Origin: an uncultured Candidatus Saccharibacteria bacterium
GTDB taxonomy: Bacteria; Patescibacteriota; Minisyncoccia; Phycocordibacterales; CAIZLB01
DNA: 64,000 bases
Reading direction: 5' to 3'
Assembly: GCA_964550955.1 (NCBI GenBank)
Contig: CAZKAF010000001.1
Coordinates: forward strand, 7,993-71,992
Both the position numbers and the translations under genes were made by a program. The notes below the pieces were generated by a model that was given only the letters and a program-made list of their open reading frames with translations, was not told the origin of the DNA and did not search any database. This document shows, one piece after another, positions 18,816 to 28,800 of this stretch (its first letter is position 1; every line of letters starts with the position of its first letter).

Positions 18816-18890
18816 GCCCTCGTAGTTCAATGGATAGAACGAGCCCGTCCTAAGGGTTTGATGTCGGTTCGATTCCGGCCGAGGGCACCA
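18816..18890 (+). tRNA. tRNA-Arg(CCT)
   Basis: Cloverleaf folded by hand: acceptor GCCCTCG/CGAGGGC, D-arm GTTC-AATGGATA-GAAC, anticodon arm AGCCC-GTCCTAA-GGGTT (anticodon CCT), T-arm GTCGG-TTCGATT-CCGGC, discriminator A and an encoded CCA. Confidence 0.85.
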
Positions 18891-19067
18891 CAAGGGCACT
18901 TCTGTTTTGATGAATCAAAAAAAGTCGCACCGCAAAGGCGTCTCTGTTTCGCGCGCTTATGATAAATCGAAACGCGTCCGGGGTGCCACGTCCCACACCG
19001 GAAAACCCCCCAGTTATGCTCCTCGCCGTACTTCATGAAGTCTGACTTATGAGGTAAAATTGCAGGA

Positions 19068-20342
19068 ATGAAAACGAAAAAATATTTATCCAAAATCGGG
19101 CTGGCAATCCTTGCTCTCTCTTTCTTCTTCGCGCAATCAGCTCTGGTATACGCCTGCGGCATCAGCATGATTCCTTCGGCTGCCTCGGGATGGGCATACG
19201 GCAACGATTCCGCGGAACAATCTTTCATAAATTACCAGGACGGCATCGAGCACCTGATCATCAGCAGGACTTTTGAGAACGAAAGCGCTGATACGGTTTG
19301 GATCATTCCGATTCCCGCGGCGCCGGATTCCATAAATGTGGACGTTCTTTCGGAAAGTCCCAAGTTTTTTGGCTACGACATAATTCTCGAAGCGGAGGCA
19401 GAGCTGAAGAACATCAGGAAGAGGCTGCTTTCAACTCAGATTTATCCGGCTGTTCCGGGAATCATCGCTTCGCTGGGGAATAATGCCTTGGGATTGGACG
19501 GAATGGTCCGTTCTGCAGGGTCGCTTGGCGTGCCGGGCGGGACGGCCGGAGTGCGCGTGTACGAGCATATTGAAAAAGACGGCATGATTGCCGAAGTGCT
19601 TTCAGCTTCCGATTCCGACGCTCTCTATGATTACTTGCAAGGAAAAGGCCTCAATGCGGAAAAGGATTCTATTTCCATCTTCCAGGATTACATCGGCAAG
19701 GATTTTTCATTTGTCGCCGCATGGATCAGCCCTTCGGCTGAAACAGTTCAGGCAAAAGGAGTGCTCATGAAATTTCCCGCGGACAAGATTTTTTATCCCC
19801 TGAAGCCCGGGTCAGCGTATCCGGGAGAGGGAATGCCCGAAACCATTACGGTGGTCGGGCACGTCACGCCTGAGCTCTATTCCGGAATCAAGGACTTCGC
19901 ATACGTTGATTACTATCGCTCATACAGGCCATTGAATATCGCCGGGTTTTATTCGTCCGGGCAAGAGTTCAATTACACCAAAATAGTCGTCGATGCTCCG
20001 CCGCAAAATCTCACTGAAGACTTGCATATTTCTTCGAAAGCGCCGTTGAGGGTCATCGCCGCCGTTTCGATTTCCGAACGCCCGTTCGTGCATTTTATCC
20101 TGCTGCTCGCGCTGATTTCGCTCATTTCCTCCTATGCCGCAAGCAGGCTGCTCTTGGCGGACAGGCGTTTCGGAACGACCATAAAGATGGCTGTTGCCGG
20201 AAGCTTTACCCTGCTCGGCACGATTATCGGATCGCGATTCTTCCTTGCGGAAAAGCGCTGGAAATTTGTTCTGGCTCATTCTGTCGTTTTCGTTCTGGCG
20301 ACGCTCGCCTTGCTGTTCCTGTTCTTGACCATCTTCTCTTAA
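19068..20342 (+). CDS. Hypothetical secreted/membrane-anchored protein: signal peptide, large extracytoplasmic domain and C-terminal TM helices.
   Basis: N-terminus MKTKKYLSKIGLAILALSFFFAQSALVYAC and hydrophobic helices in the C-terminal roughly 90 aa. No known catalytic motif. Confidence 0.5.
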   Translation: MKTKKYLSKIGLAILALSFFFAQSALVYACGISMIPSAASGWAYGNDSAEQSFINYQDGIEHLIISRTFENESADTVWIIPIPAAPDSINVDVLSESPKFFGYDIILEAEAELKNIRKRLLSTQIYPAVPGIIASLGNNALGLDGMVRSAGSLGVPGGTAGVRVYEHIEKDGMIAEVLSASDSDALYDYLQGKGLNAEKDSISIFQDYIGKDFSFVAAWISPSAETVQAKGVLMKFPADKIFYPLKPGSAYPGEGMPETITVVGHVTPELYSGIKDFAYVDYYRSYRPLNIAGFYSSGQEFNYTKIVVDAPPQNLTEDLHISSKAPLRVIAAVSISERPFVHFILLLALISLISSYAASRLLLADRRFGTTIKMAVAGSFTLLGTIIGSRFFLAEKRWKFVLAHSVVFVLATLALLFLFLTIFS

Positions 20343-20475
20343 GACTTGATACCCTTTGACCTTTGCAGGGTTTTTCCTGCCGAGGGTCGAGTCTCGAAGC
20401 CTGCATGAAGTGAAGCCTGCATATTGCCGGCGCTATGGCTTAATGCGGATTATTGTGCTAAAAATAAAAAAACTA

Positions 20476-21429
20476 ATGCCAGAAAATTTGCATAAAAATT
20501 CAGCAGCGGCTCAGACCCGAACGCTTGTCTCGCCGGAACAGGCCGATTACGCCCTTCTCGATACAGGAGACGGCATGAAGCTCGAGCGATACGGCGATAT
20601 CGTCCTCGCGCGTCCCGACCCTCAGGTTCTCTGGAAGAAAAGATTGCCGGAATCGGAATGGGACAAGGCCGACGCTTTTTTTGCGCGGACTAAAGGGGAC
20701 GATCGAGGCGCCTGGGAATACAGGAAGAAGGATATTGAAAATGGCTGGAAAATCAATTACGACAATCTGGCGTTCAAAATCAGGCCGACTCCTTTCAAGC
20801 ATACGGGCCTGTTTCAGGAGCAGATAAGCAACTGGCAATGGGCGAGGGAAGCCATAGAAAAAAGAATCAAGGAGCGGGGCGGACGCGACAAGGGCGAGCC
20901 GATACGGGTCTTGAACCTCTTCGGATACACGGGCGGCGCGACTATATCCGCATCCAAGGCCGGGGCGGAAGTGACGCATGTCGACGCGTCAAAATCTTCC
21001 ATAACATGGGCGAAGGAAAATGCCGAGCTCTCCGGGCTTGCGAGCAGGCCGATTCGATGGATACTCGAAGACGCGCATGCGTTCGTCAAAAGGGAACTGC
21101 GAAGGGGCAGCACATACGACGCGATCATCATGGATCCGCCGGCATTCGGTCGCGGCGCCAAAGGGGAGGTCTGGAGAATTGAGGACGATTTCATTCCGCT
21201 TCTTGAGAGCTCGCTGAAGCTGCTTTCGGACAAGCCCCTGTTCGTCATTCTCAACGGATATTCCGCGGGATATTCGCCGCTGACATATCAGAACAGCCTC
21301 GTCGAGCTTCAGGAAAGATGCGGCGGTTCCGTTGAAAGCGGGGAGCTGGTCATTGCCGAAGAGCCGCGGTCCGGCCTTTCGTCGAGGCTTCTCGCCTGCG
21401 GAATGGTGAGCCGGTGGAAGAGCGCGTAG
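20476..21429 (+). CDS. Class I SAM-dependent rRNA methyltransferase, RlmI/YwbD-like.
   Basis: VLNLFGYTGGATISASKAGAEVTHVDASKSSI (motif I region) and DAIIMDPPAFGRG (DPP motif IV) resemble RlmI (LNCFSYTGGF...VDTS...VIVMDPPKF). The ORF opens at 20356; ATG 20476 is the likely start. Confidence 0.7.
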   Translation: MPENLHKNSAAAQTRTLVSPEQADYALLDTGDGMKLERYGDIVLARPDPQVLWKKRLPESEWDKADAFFARTKGDDRGAWEYRKKDIENGWKINYDNLAFKIRPTPFKHTGLFQEQISNWQWAREAIEKRIKERGGRDKGEPIRVLNLFGYTGGATISASKAGAEVTHVDASKSSITWAKENAELSGLASRPIRWILEDAHAFVKRELRRGSTYDAIIMDPPAFGRGAKGEVWRIEDDFIPLLESSLKLLSDKPLFVILNGYSAGYSPLTYQNSLVELQERCGGSVESGELVIAEEPRSGLSSRLLACGMVSRWKSA

Positions 21430-21537
21430 CTTGCAGAAAAGAACTCGCTGTCGCTTGTCACCGGTCGGACGGCCGATACGGGAGGGGCTGAACCTTCGGG
21501 CTGGAAAAACTCGGGCAAGTGTGCTAAAGTTCTCGGC

Positions 21538-21810
21538 ATGGACCAAGAAATCCAGGAGCTCAATGAAAAAATAGACGAGCTGCGAGTCATCGTGGAAGAG
21601 AATACCCGCATGACGGCCAGCTTGTATCGGCGGGCTCGTTTTTCCATGCTCATATCCGGAATCAAATGGTTCATCATCATAGGAGCGGCGGTAGGAGCAT
21701 TCTACTACGTGCAGCCTGCCGTGGATTCTCTCATGCAGACATATTCCGCCATCACGGGCGCGGAAGGAGGCTCAAGCCCGAACTTCATGAATTTCTTCAA
21801 GTCTTTTTAG
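21538..21810 (+). CDS. Small hypothetical protein with one TM helix
   Basis: Coiled N-terminus then FIIIGAAVGAFYYV; 90 aa. Confidence 0.4.
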   Translation: MDQEIQELNEKIDELRVIVEENTRMTASLYRRARFSMLISGIKWFIIIGAAVGAFYYVQPAVDSLMQTYSAITGAEGGSSPNFMNFFKSF

Positions 21811-21851
21811 GTCTCATTTGATAGGTTGATAGAGTTCAGGTGAAATTGAAA

Positions 21852-21976
21852 AAATAAAATATGCCGACCGGAGATGCATAATAGTCTCAGTTGGCAGAGC
21901 GAGACAGAACGATGGTTTAAAAAACAATATGCCGACGAAAGATTTCACAGTCTCAGTTGGTAGAGCAAGGGCTCAA
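21852..21976 (+). repeat. Two tandem degenerate tRNA 5'-half-like units (about 60-65 nt each) immediately upstream of tRNA-Phe.
   Basis: Each unit is aaaa(a)a(c/t)aa-tatgccga(c)-[12-14 nt]-agtctcagttgg(c/t)agagc..., compared with tRNA-Phe gccgagatagctcagttggtagagca. The units lack an anticodon arm and T-arm. Confidence 0.6.
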
Positions 21977-21990
21977 TAAAAAAACAATAT

Positions 21991-22066
21991 GCCGAGATAG
22001 CTCAGTTGGTAGAGCATTTCCCTGAAGAGGAAGGGGTCGCCGGTTCGAATCCGGCTCTCGGCACCA
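21991..22066 (+). tRNA. tRNA-Phe(GAA)
   Basis: Acceptor GCCGAGA/TCTCGGC, D-arm GCTC-AGTTGGTA-GAGC, anticodon arm TTTCC-CTGAAGA-GGAAG (anticodon GAA), T-arm GCCGG-TTCGAAT-CCGGC and an encoded ACCA. Confidence 0.9.
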
Positions 22067-22069
22067 TGC

Positions 22070-22102
22070 AATACGCGCGCGGAATTCATCCGCGCGCGTA
22101 TT
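22070..22102 (+). terminator. GC-rich hairpin right after tRNA-Phe; terminator-like but with a weak T-tract.
   Basis: aatacgcgcgcgg-aattcat-ccgcgcgcgtatt, then aatttgag. Confidence 0.45.
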
Positions 22103-22270
22103 AATTTGAGAAGGCAAATAAGCCCTTTTTAAAGAAGGCTTTCCAGGGTCGAAAGACTTGACATATTATTTAGATATAGTATAATATACAAGACGATGCA
22201 TAGCGGTGTTGCTGTGGATGAAGAAGACAGGATGAACCTGTCTTCGAACTGAAACAGCCAGACAAAACAC

Positions 22271-23059
22271 ATGAATACACCAATGCCTACCGCTTCCTGC
22301 ATCGTCATCAACTCCCGTTCTCGGGAGTTGAAAACAACCCTGGCCATCGTCAAGATTGCCAGGCAAACTAAGGACCCATTCCAGCTTTCTCCGCTGGTTA
22401 TCCGGCACTCGCTGGAAATCAGCGCGGACTTCGAAACATTCAGGGAGAGATACCCTGATCTGCCCATAGTCGTCATCACAGACGGTTACCGGGCGGTGAC
22501 GTCGGAGGGGTTTGTCGAGTGGGCCGACGGCGGCTCGTTTGGCAAGCATGCTCTTATCGTTGGCGAAATGCCAATCGGAAAGAGCCTTCGGACTCTCTCC
22601 CGGAGGTCTTCTCGGGCAATCGTGTTCCCTCCGGGAACACCGATAAAAAAAGTCCAAACACCTTCCGGGTCAAACTGGGAGTTGGCTGGTCTGGCAAGGG
22701 CAGGGCTTCGACTGCTAGCGGATGAACAATTCTACGAAGCCTTCCTGGTCACGGGTCAATCTGACTGGGTGAAAGCATGGGGATTCGTTCATCCTGAAAC
22801 AGACTGGTCGTGGTCAGAACATGTTCAGCTCGACCACCAATCCGACCGCTGGTCGGACGAAGGCCTTGCGAAAGACCTTCTGGTGAAAGTCGGAAGGCGT
22901 GACAGCGAAGGCAAACAGGCCTTCATTGATCGGACCAAGCAGGAGACGAGTCCTGTGGGAGAAATCCTCGGGGAAGAAAGGTTCCAGGAAGTCCTGGAAC
23001 AGCTCGTTCCAGAGCTAAGCCAAGAGGAGGCTGCCTTATCCGACGACGAACGTTGGTAG
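22271..23059 (+). CDS. Hypothetical protein (262 aa)
   Basis: Longest ORF in the region with host-like GC and no recognisable motif. It is antisense to the shorter 22166..22657 ORF. Confidence 0.45.
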   Translation: MNTPMPTASCIVINSRSRELKTTLAIVKIARQTKDPFQLSPLVIRHSLEISADFETFRERYPDLPIVVITDGYRAVTSEGFVEWADGGSFGKHALIVGEMPIGKSLRTLSRRSSRAIVFPPGTPIKKVQTPSGSNWELAGLARAGLRLLADEQFYEAFLVTGQSDWVKAWGFVHPETDWSWSEHVQLDHQSDRWSDEGLAKDLLVKVGRRDSEGKQAFIDRTKQETSPVGEILGEERFQEVLEQLVPELSQEEAALSDDERW

Positions 23060-23328
23060 GTCTGACCTCCACATACCCAAAGGGTTCTCTGTAACCATGA
23101 TACAGAGTTGGGCGCTGCGATGCGCTTCGTAAAAACCGACACAGTCGGCGTTTCTGGAGATTCGTAAAATCTCCGCCTTATTCAATCCATCAATCTATTG
23201 GTGAAGTGACAGGGACTGAAATCAAGCGCCGTCCTGTGCAGCAAACGCTTATTAACAGCCGCATCTGTTGACCTTTTGAAACATGTGTTATTATTAAGGC
23301 GCACATTACAAATTTCAGCAAAAAATCC

Positions 23329-23643
23329 ATGCAAGATAAAGATACAGAGTTTCTCGAATTTATTGTTAAATCGCTTGTCGAAAACGTAGATGCCGTGAAG
23401 ACTAGCAGGCGCGTTGATGATATGGGGGTTTTCGTTGAGTTGACTGTTGATCCGGTGGACATGGGCAAGATTATCGGCCGGAACGGCCATACTGCGCAGG
23501 CTATCCGAACTATCATGAAGGCGTTCGGAAAGAAGCATCAGGCAAACATCTCCATCCAGATCAAGGAGCCTGTAGGCGGAACTCGCGACGGCGCTTCGAC
23601 GGTCAAGACAGTGGACGAAGCGATTGCGGATCTGAAAATGTAA
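23329..23643 (+). CDS. KH-domain RNA-binding protein (YlqC/UPF0109-like)
   Basis: KIIGRNGHTAQAIRTIMKAF is the KH GxxG loop region. About 100 aa and directly upstream of trmD, as in the rpsP-ylqC-rimM-trmD neighbourhood. Confidence 0.75.
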   Translation: MQDKDTEFLEFIVKSLVENVDAVKTSRRVDDMGVFVELTVDPVDMGKIIGRNGHTAQAIRTIMKAFGKKHQANISIQIKEPVGGTRDGASTVKTVDEAIADLKM

Positions 23644-23658
23644 GCCACTCGAAGCATT

Positions 23659-23694
23659 AGGCAAAGGCCGCCTGTTTCAGGGCGGCCTTTGCCT
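23659..23694 (+). terminator. 14-bp stem hairpin after the KH gene (attenuator/terminator-like, no strong T-tract).
   Basis: aggcaaaggccgcc-tgtttcag-ggcggcctttgcct. Confidence 0.4.
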
Positions 23695-23774
23695 TGCATG
23701 GCGTGCAAATTTAACGACGGAAAGCAAAGCCTGTCAATTGAGCGGCGGATATGATATATTGCCAGACAATAAGT

Positions 23775-24476
23775 ATGAATTTCCATATCGTCACATTGTT
23801 TCCAGAGTCTTTGGCCTCGTATCTTGGCGAGTCTATCGTTGCGCGCGCGCAAGCTGAAAAACTGATATCCGTCTCGGCATATAACCCGCGCGACTTCGTC
23901 AAGCCGACCAGGACTCAAGCGAAGAACGAGAAGCCATATCTTCGGGTGGACGACAGGCCGTATGGCGGCGGTCCGGGCATGGTCATGCAGGCCGAGCCTG
24001 TGGCGAAGGCCGTCGACAAGGCGCTGGCAAAGGCGCAAAAGAGGAAATCGTTCAAAAAAGCGCTCATCGTTTTCTTAAGTCCTGCCGGCACGCAGTTCAC
24101 GAACGCCCTTGCGACGGATTATGTCAAAAAATATTCTGACGTCGTCATCGTTTGCGGAAGATACGAAGGGATTGATGCGCGCATTAAAAAGATTTTCAAA
24201 ACAGTCGATATAACCGTCGGCCCGTTCGTCACAACGGGCGGGGAGTTGCCGGCGATGCTAATGATAGATGTCATGGCACGTCAGATTCCGGGAGTCTTGG
24301 GAAAGTTCGAGAGCAGGGAGGAATCAAGGGTGTCTTCAAGCGACGTGTATACGCGCCCCGAGGTTTTGTCGTACAAGGGCAAAAAGTACAAGGTTCCGCC
24401 GGTGCTTCTTTCGGGCGACCATAAAAAGATCGATGAATGGAGGGAATCGATTGGGGGTGTTGGAAATTCTGCATAA
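23775..24476 (+). CDS. trmD: tRNA (guanine37-N1)-methyltransferase
   Basis: MNFHIVTLFPE..., then RVDDRPYGGGPGMVM, GRYEGIDAR and TTGGELPAM match TrmD SPOUT motifs. The ORF opens at 23751. Confidence 0.9.
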   Translation: MNFHIVTLFPESLASYLGESIVARAQAEKLISVSAYNPRDFVKPTRTQAKNEKPYLRVDDRPYGGGPGMVMQAEPVAKAVDKALAKAQKRKSFKKALIVFLSPAGTQFTNALATDYVKKYSDVVIVCGRYEGIDARIKKIFKTVDITVGPFVTTGGELPAMLMIDVMARQIPGVLGKFESREESRVSSSDVYTRPEVLSYKGKKYKVPPVLLSGDHKKIDEWRESIGGVGNSA

Positions 24477-24520
24477 GTGAAAAGTTAGAGTGCGGTACGC
24501 ATGTTATAATATAATTCATT

Positions 24521-24799
24521 ATGCGTGACATGCTGAAAACCATAGCTTGCGTTCTCGCACTTAGCTTTGCGAGCGCTCTGATTTTTGGTGTGGTCTCTTA
24601 TCCCGAAGAGTTCTCAATTTACGGTATTGGTTTTAAGATGAAGCCATTTATCATTGCGGCTTTTGTATTGGCGCTAGGTCTCTACCGGAATAATTTGAAT
24701 CCTCACGGTTATCGATTTCTTACACCTAAAGATCTGGCCATTTATCTTCTTACTACGGTAGCTTTAGTTGCGGCATATTTTGTAACAGCACTTCTTTAA
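24521..24799 (+). CDS. Small membrane protein (92 aa, 3 predicted TM helices) in an AT-rich insert.
   Basis: Hydrophobic helices (IACVLALSFASALIFGVV, FIIAAFVLALGLY, LLTTVALVAAYFVTALL); AT-rich codon usage. Confidence 0.4.
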   Translation: MRDMLKTIACVLALSFASALIFGVVSYPEEFSIYGIGFKMKPFIIAAFVLALGLYRNNLNPHGYRFLTPKDLAIYLLTTVALVAAYFVTALL

Positions 24800-24841
24800 T
24801 GATGTTGGGATTGGATTATGATAGAATCGAGCTATTAAATC

Positions 24842-25234
24842 ATGACTAATCTAACTTTGAAACAACCGGCTATTCATGTATTTATCGATGCTTCTAATTT
24901 ATGGCAAGCACAAAAGGCAAAAGGTAGGATGTTTGATTATGAAAAGCTTAAAAAGGTCCTTAAGGACAAATTTGCAGCATCAAAGATTGAATTTTTCTAC
25001 TATACTGCATATCCGGCAGAAGGTACGCGCGACCGCAGCATGGATGGTAAGCACAAATTTTATACATATCTAAAAAAGAATCTTGGTTTCACTGTAATTA
25101 AAAAAGTGTTCATCTTTTCTTCTAAAAATAATGTATCACAAGAGTTGAGAACGGGTGCTGACAAGTATTTTGACGTACTCCTTTTGGAAGAAGATGTTTG
25201 GGGACGGGCGCTTGAACGAAAGCAAGCCAGATAA
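24842..25234 (+). CDS. NYN-domain (LabA-like) putative ribonuclease, possibly C-terminally truncated or frameshifted.
   Basis: IHVFIDASNLW matches the NYN N-terminal motif (vFiDgaNl). It is only 130 aa, and an adjacent out-of-frame ORF (25155..25373) continues. Confidence 0.5.
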   Translation: MTNLTLKQPAIHVFIDASNLWQAQKAKGRMFDYEKLKKVLKDKFAASKIEFFYYTAYPAEGTRDRSMDGKHKFYTYLKKNLGFTVIKKVFIFSSKNNVSQELRTGADKYFDVLLLEEDVWGRALERKQAR

Positions 25235-25523
25235 ATTCAATCAAAGCGCACTTAGTATGGTTTTAAAAAGTAAGCAAAAAAGCAGCCCTCCTTGCGGAGG
25301 GCTGCCCTTGGATGTAGTACCCTTTCAGTTATGGAAACCGAAAGACTTGCCCAGTATACGGCTAGCCGGCTAAGAAATCAAGCCTGTGTACAGTTAACCA
25401 TATGAGAATTGAATTAATCGGAAAATCTGCAAAACAGTCCACCGTCAAGTGGAAAACCCGCCAAGACACAGAAATAAGGCTTTGAACCCCCTAGGTTGTA
25501 CCCAGGATGTCAACAGGCTAGCG

Positions 25524-25552
25524 TTGACACCTGTGGATAAATCGATTATCAT
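25524..25552 (+). promoter_or_regulatory. Near-consensus sigma70-type promoter (TTGACA-17 nt-TATCAT) in the long rpoB upstream region.
   Basis: ttgaca at 25524-25529, a 17-nt spacer, tatcat at 25547-25552. It is about 340 nt upstream of the rpoB ATG. Confidence 0.35.
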
Positions 25553-25891
25553 AAAGTTCCTGCGTTAGACGATTGAGTTATACGGGCCGGCTCTTTCGCG
25601 GACTTCATTCTTTTCTCATAAAACTTTGCCTATTTAGTTGGTCCGTCCGATGCCTTTATGCAAATTTTATGCTCGAAGTTTGAAGCAAACCCCACTACTA
25701 TTACCGGGAAACTAATAGTATTTTTAATATTTAGATTATTCTAAAAACTAACGCATCTGCATCGGTTTCAGAAATTTTGTTCGTTACCGTATATCCATAT
25801 ACGGCTCGATCGCAAAATCTCTTCCAACCGGCACATCTGCATTTAGTTTTTAAAAATAATCTTGTTCCACCTAACTAGACGCTAAAACCTT

Positions 25892-28800
25892 ATGCGCCAG
25901 AAAAAGTATTTTTCACGGTTTAAGGAGCCGCTCGCGCCGCTCCCGAACCTAGTTGAAGGACAGATTGAATCTTATAAATGGTTACTCGACAAAGGATTGA
26001 AGGAAGTTTTCAGCGAATTTGTCTCTATTAAGGACTATTCGGACAAGAAGTTCGAATTGGACTTTACCGGATTTGAAATTGTCGCTCCTAAGTATGATGA
26101 ATTTCATGCAAAGGAAAACAAGATGAACTACGAAGGCGGTCTCAAGGTGATGGTCAAGCTCAAAAACAAGATTCTCGGTTCTGTCAAAGAACAGGAGGTT
26201 TTTATGGCTGACTTCCCGATGATGACGGATCACGGCACATTTATCATCAACGGCATCGAGCGACTCATCGTTCCGCAGATCATTCGATCTTACGGGGCGT
26301 TTTTCACGTCTCAGGAAGTCAAAGGCAAGAACTACTTCGGCGCGAAGATCATTCCTGCGCGAGGCGCATGGATTGAAATCGAAAGCGATGCCGACGGCGC
26401 GGTTTACGTGCGAATCGACAGAAAGCGAAAGTTCCCGGTAACTTCGCTTCTTCGAGCTTTCGGCGTTGAAACTGATACGGACATGAAGGAGCTCTTCAAA
26501 GATAGCCAGTACGGAAAGCAGTATATCGAAGCTACGCTCGCCAAGGATCATGCGCGAACCAAGGAAGAGGCGTACATCGAAATCCACAAGCGACTTCGAG
26601 ACGGAGACCTGGCAACGGCGGAAAACGCGCGGGATTTCTTCAATGCGCTCATGAGCGCTGAACGATATGACCTTTCAAAGGTAGGACGATTCAGATTCAA
26701 CCAGCGATTCGGCAAGGACATGGGTGAGAAGGCCCTCTCACAGATGACTCTTACTGTCGACGACTTGGCATCTACAATAAAGATGCTTATCGAGCTTAAC
26801 CACAACCCCCTTGCTATCAAGGACGACATCGACCATCTCGGTTCGAGGCGGGTTCGATTCGTGGGCGAGCTTCTCCAGCAGAAAATCCGAGTCGGCATGA
26901 CGCAGATCAAGCGAAACATTCAGAACCGAATGTCCACTATTGATACGGATGCGAATCTCCCGGTTCAATTCATTTCTCCTCGACCTCTCCAGGCCCGAAT
27001 CAAGGAATTCTTCACGACGAACCAATTGTCGCAATTCATGTCGCAGGAAAACATCCTTGCGGAAATCGAGCATCTTCGAAGAATCTCAGCTCTTGGTCAA
27101 GGCGGTCTTACGCGAGAACGAGCGGGCATCGAAGTTCGAGACGTGCACCAGTCGCATTACGGGCGAATCTGTCCGATTCATACTCCTGAAGGCCAGAACA
27201 TCGGCCTCGTGCTCCAGCTTGCAACATATGCTCGAGTCAACCATTTCGGCATGATCGAGACTCCGTATGCAAAAGTTAAGGACGGAAAAATCACTAAAGA
27301 AATCGTCTACTTGAACGCGCTGGAAGAAGCTGGTCATAAGATTGCCCACGCTGCCACTAAGTACAATGACAAGGGCGTTATCGAAGAAGATATCGTGGAA
27401 GTTCGAGTCGACGGCGAGCCGATTCTCATCAGCAAGGACGAAGTGGACTATATCGACGTCGCGCCGGAACAGGCATTCTCGATCTCAACATCGATGATTC
27501 CGTTCTTGAACCACGACGATGCCAACCGAGCGCTCATGGGTTCAAACATGCAGAAACAGGCGACTCCTTGCATCGTTCCTGAAGCGCCTTTGGTTGCGAC
27601 AGGCATCGAAGAGAAAGCTGCTGAAGATACGGGGCGAGTTATCCTTGCTCCTGAAGAGGGAACTGTTACATATGTAGATGCCAAGAAAATCGTGCTTAAG
27701 GGCGCGAAGAAGGAGCATGAATACAGGCTGGCGACATATAACCGAACGAACCAGTTCACGGCTTCGCATCAGCGACCGACTGTTTCTTTGAATCAGAAAG
27801 TTAAGCGAGGCGATGTGCTTGCTGACACTTCTACATCTGTAGATGGTCAAATGGCTCTTGGTCAGAACTGTCTCGTTGCCTTCATGGCATGGTCAGGCGC
27901 GAACTATGAAGATGCCATCATTCTTTCTGAAAGACTTGTTAAGGACTCCAAGTTCACGACGGTTCATATTGAAGAATTCATCATCAACGTTCGAGACACG
28001 AAGCTTGGTCCGGAAGTCACGACTCACGACATTCCAAACGTGGGCGAAAACCGGCTCAAGAATCTCGACGTGGACGGCATCATCCGAGTAGGCGCTGAAG
28101 TTCGACCTGGCGATATCATCGTAGGTAAAATTACTCCAAAGACTGAAACTCAGCTTACTCCGGAAGAACGACTCCTTCGATCAATCTTCGGTGAGAAATC
28201 ACGAGACGTGAAGGACACTTCAAAGCGACTTGAAAACGGAAAGAAAGGACGAGTTATCGGCGTTAAAATCTTCTCGCGAGAGAAAGGCGACAAGCTCGAC
28301 TCAGGAATCATCAAGCGAATCCACGTTGAGGTCGCGGTTCTTCGAAACATCTCAGTGGGCGACAAGCTTGCTGGACGACACGGAAACAAGGGTGTCATCT
28401 CGCGAATCCTTCCTGTTGAAGACATGCCATTCATGGAAGACGGAACTCCGGTTGACGTCATCCTGACTCCGCTCGGCGTTCCTTCTCGAATGAACCTCGG
28501 ACAGATTCTCGAGCTCCACCTCGGCCTTGCTGCCAAGACGCTCAACTATCAGGCGATCGTTCCTCCATTTGCGGGCGCGACTGTCGATGAGGTCAAGAAA
28601 GAGCTTGTTACGGCCGGATTCAACGAAAGCGGAAAGATGAAGCTCTTCGACGGGCGAACGGGCGAAAAGTTCGAGCAGGACGTCGCGGTCGGATACATGT
28701 ATATCCTCAAGCTTCACCACATGGTGGACGACAAGATTCACATGCGATCCATCGGTCCGTACTCTCTCATTACTCAGCAGCCGCTTGGAGGCAAGGCTCA

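Noticed and set aside
21852-21976. The two repeat units considered as functional tRNAs or split tRNAs
   Set aside because: They reproduce only the acceptor 5' strand and D-arm. No anticodon stem, T-arm or 3' acceptor strand could be folded by hand, so they are recorded as degenerate repeats or pseudo-tRNA fragments.
25155-25373. 72-aa ORF following the NYN gene
   Set aside because: It is out of frame with and overlapping the NYN ORF. It more likely marks a frameshifted remnant than an independent gene.
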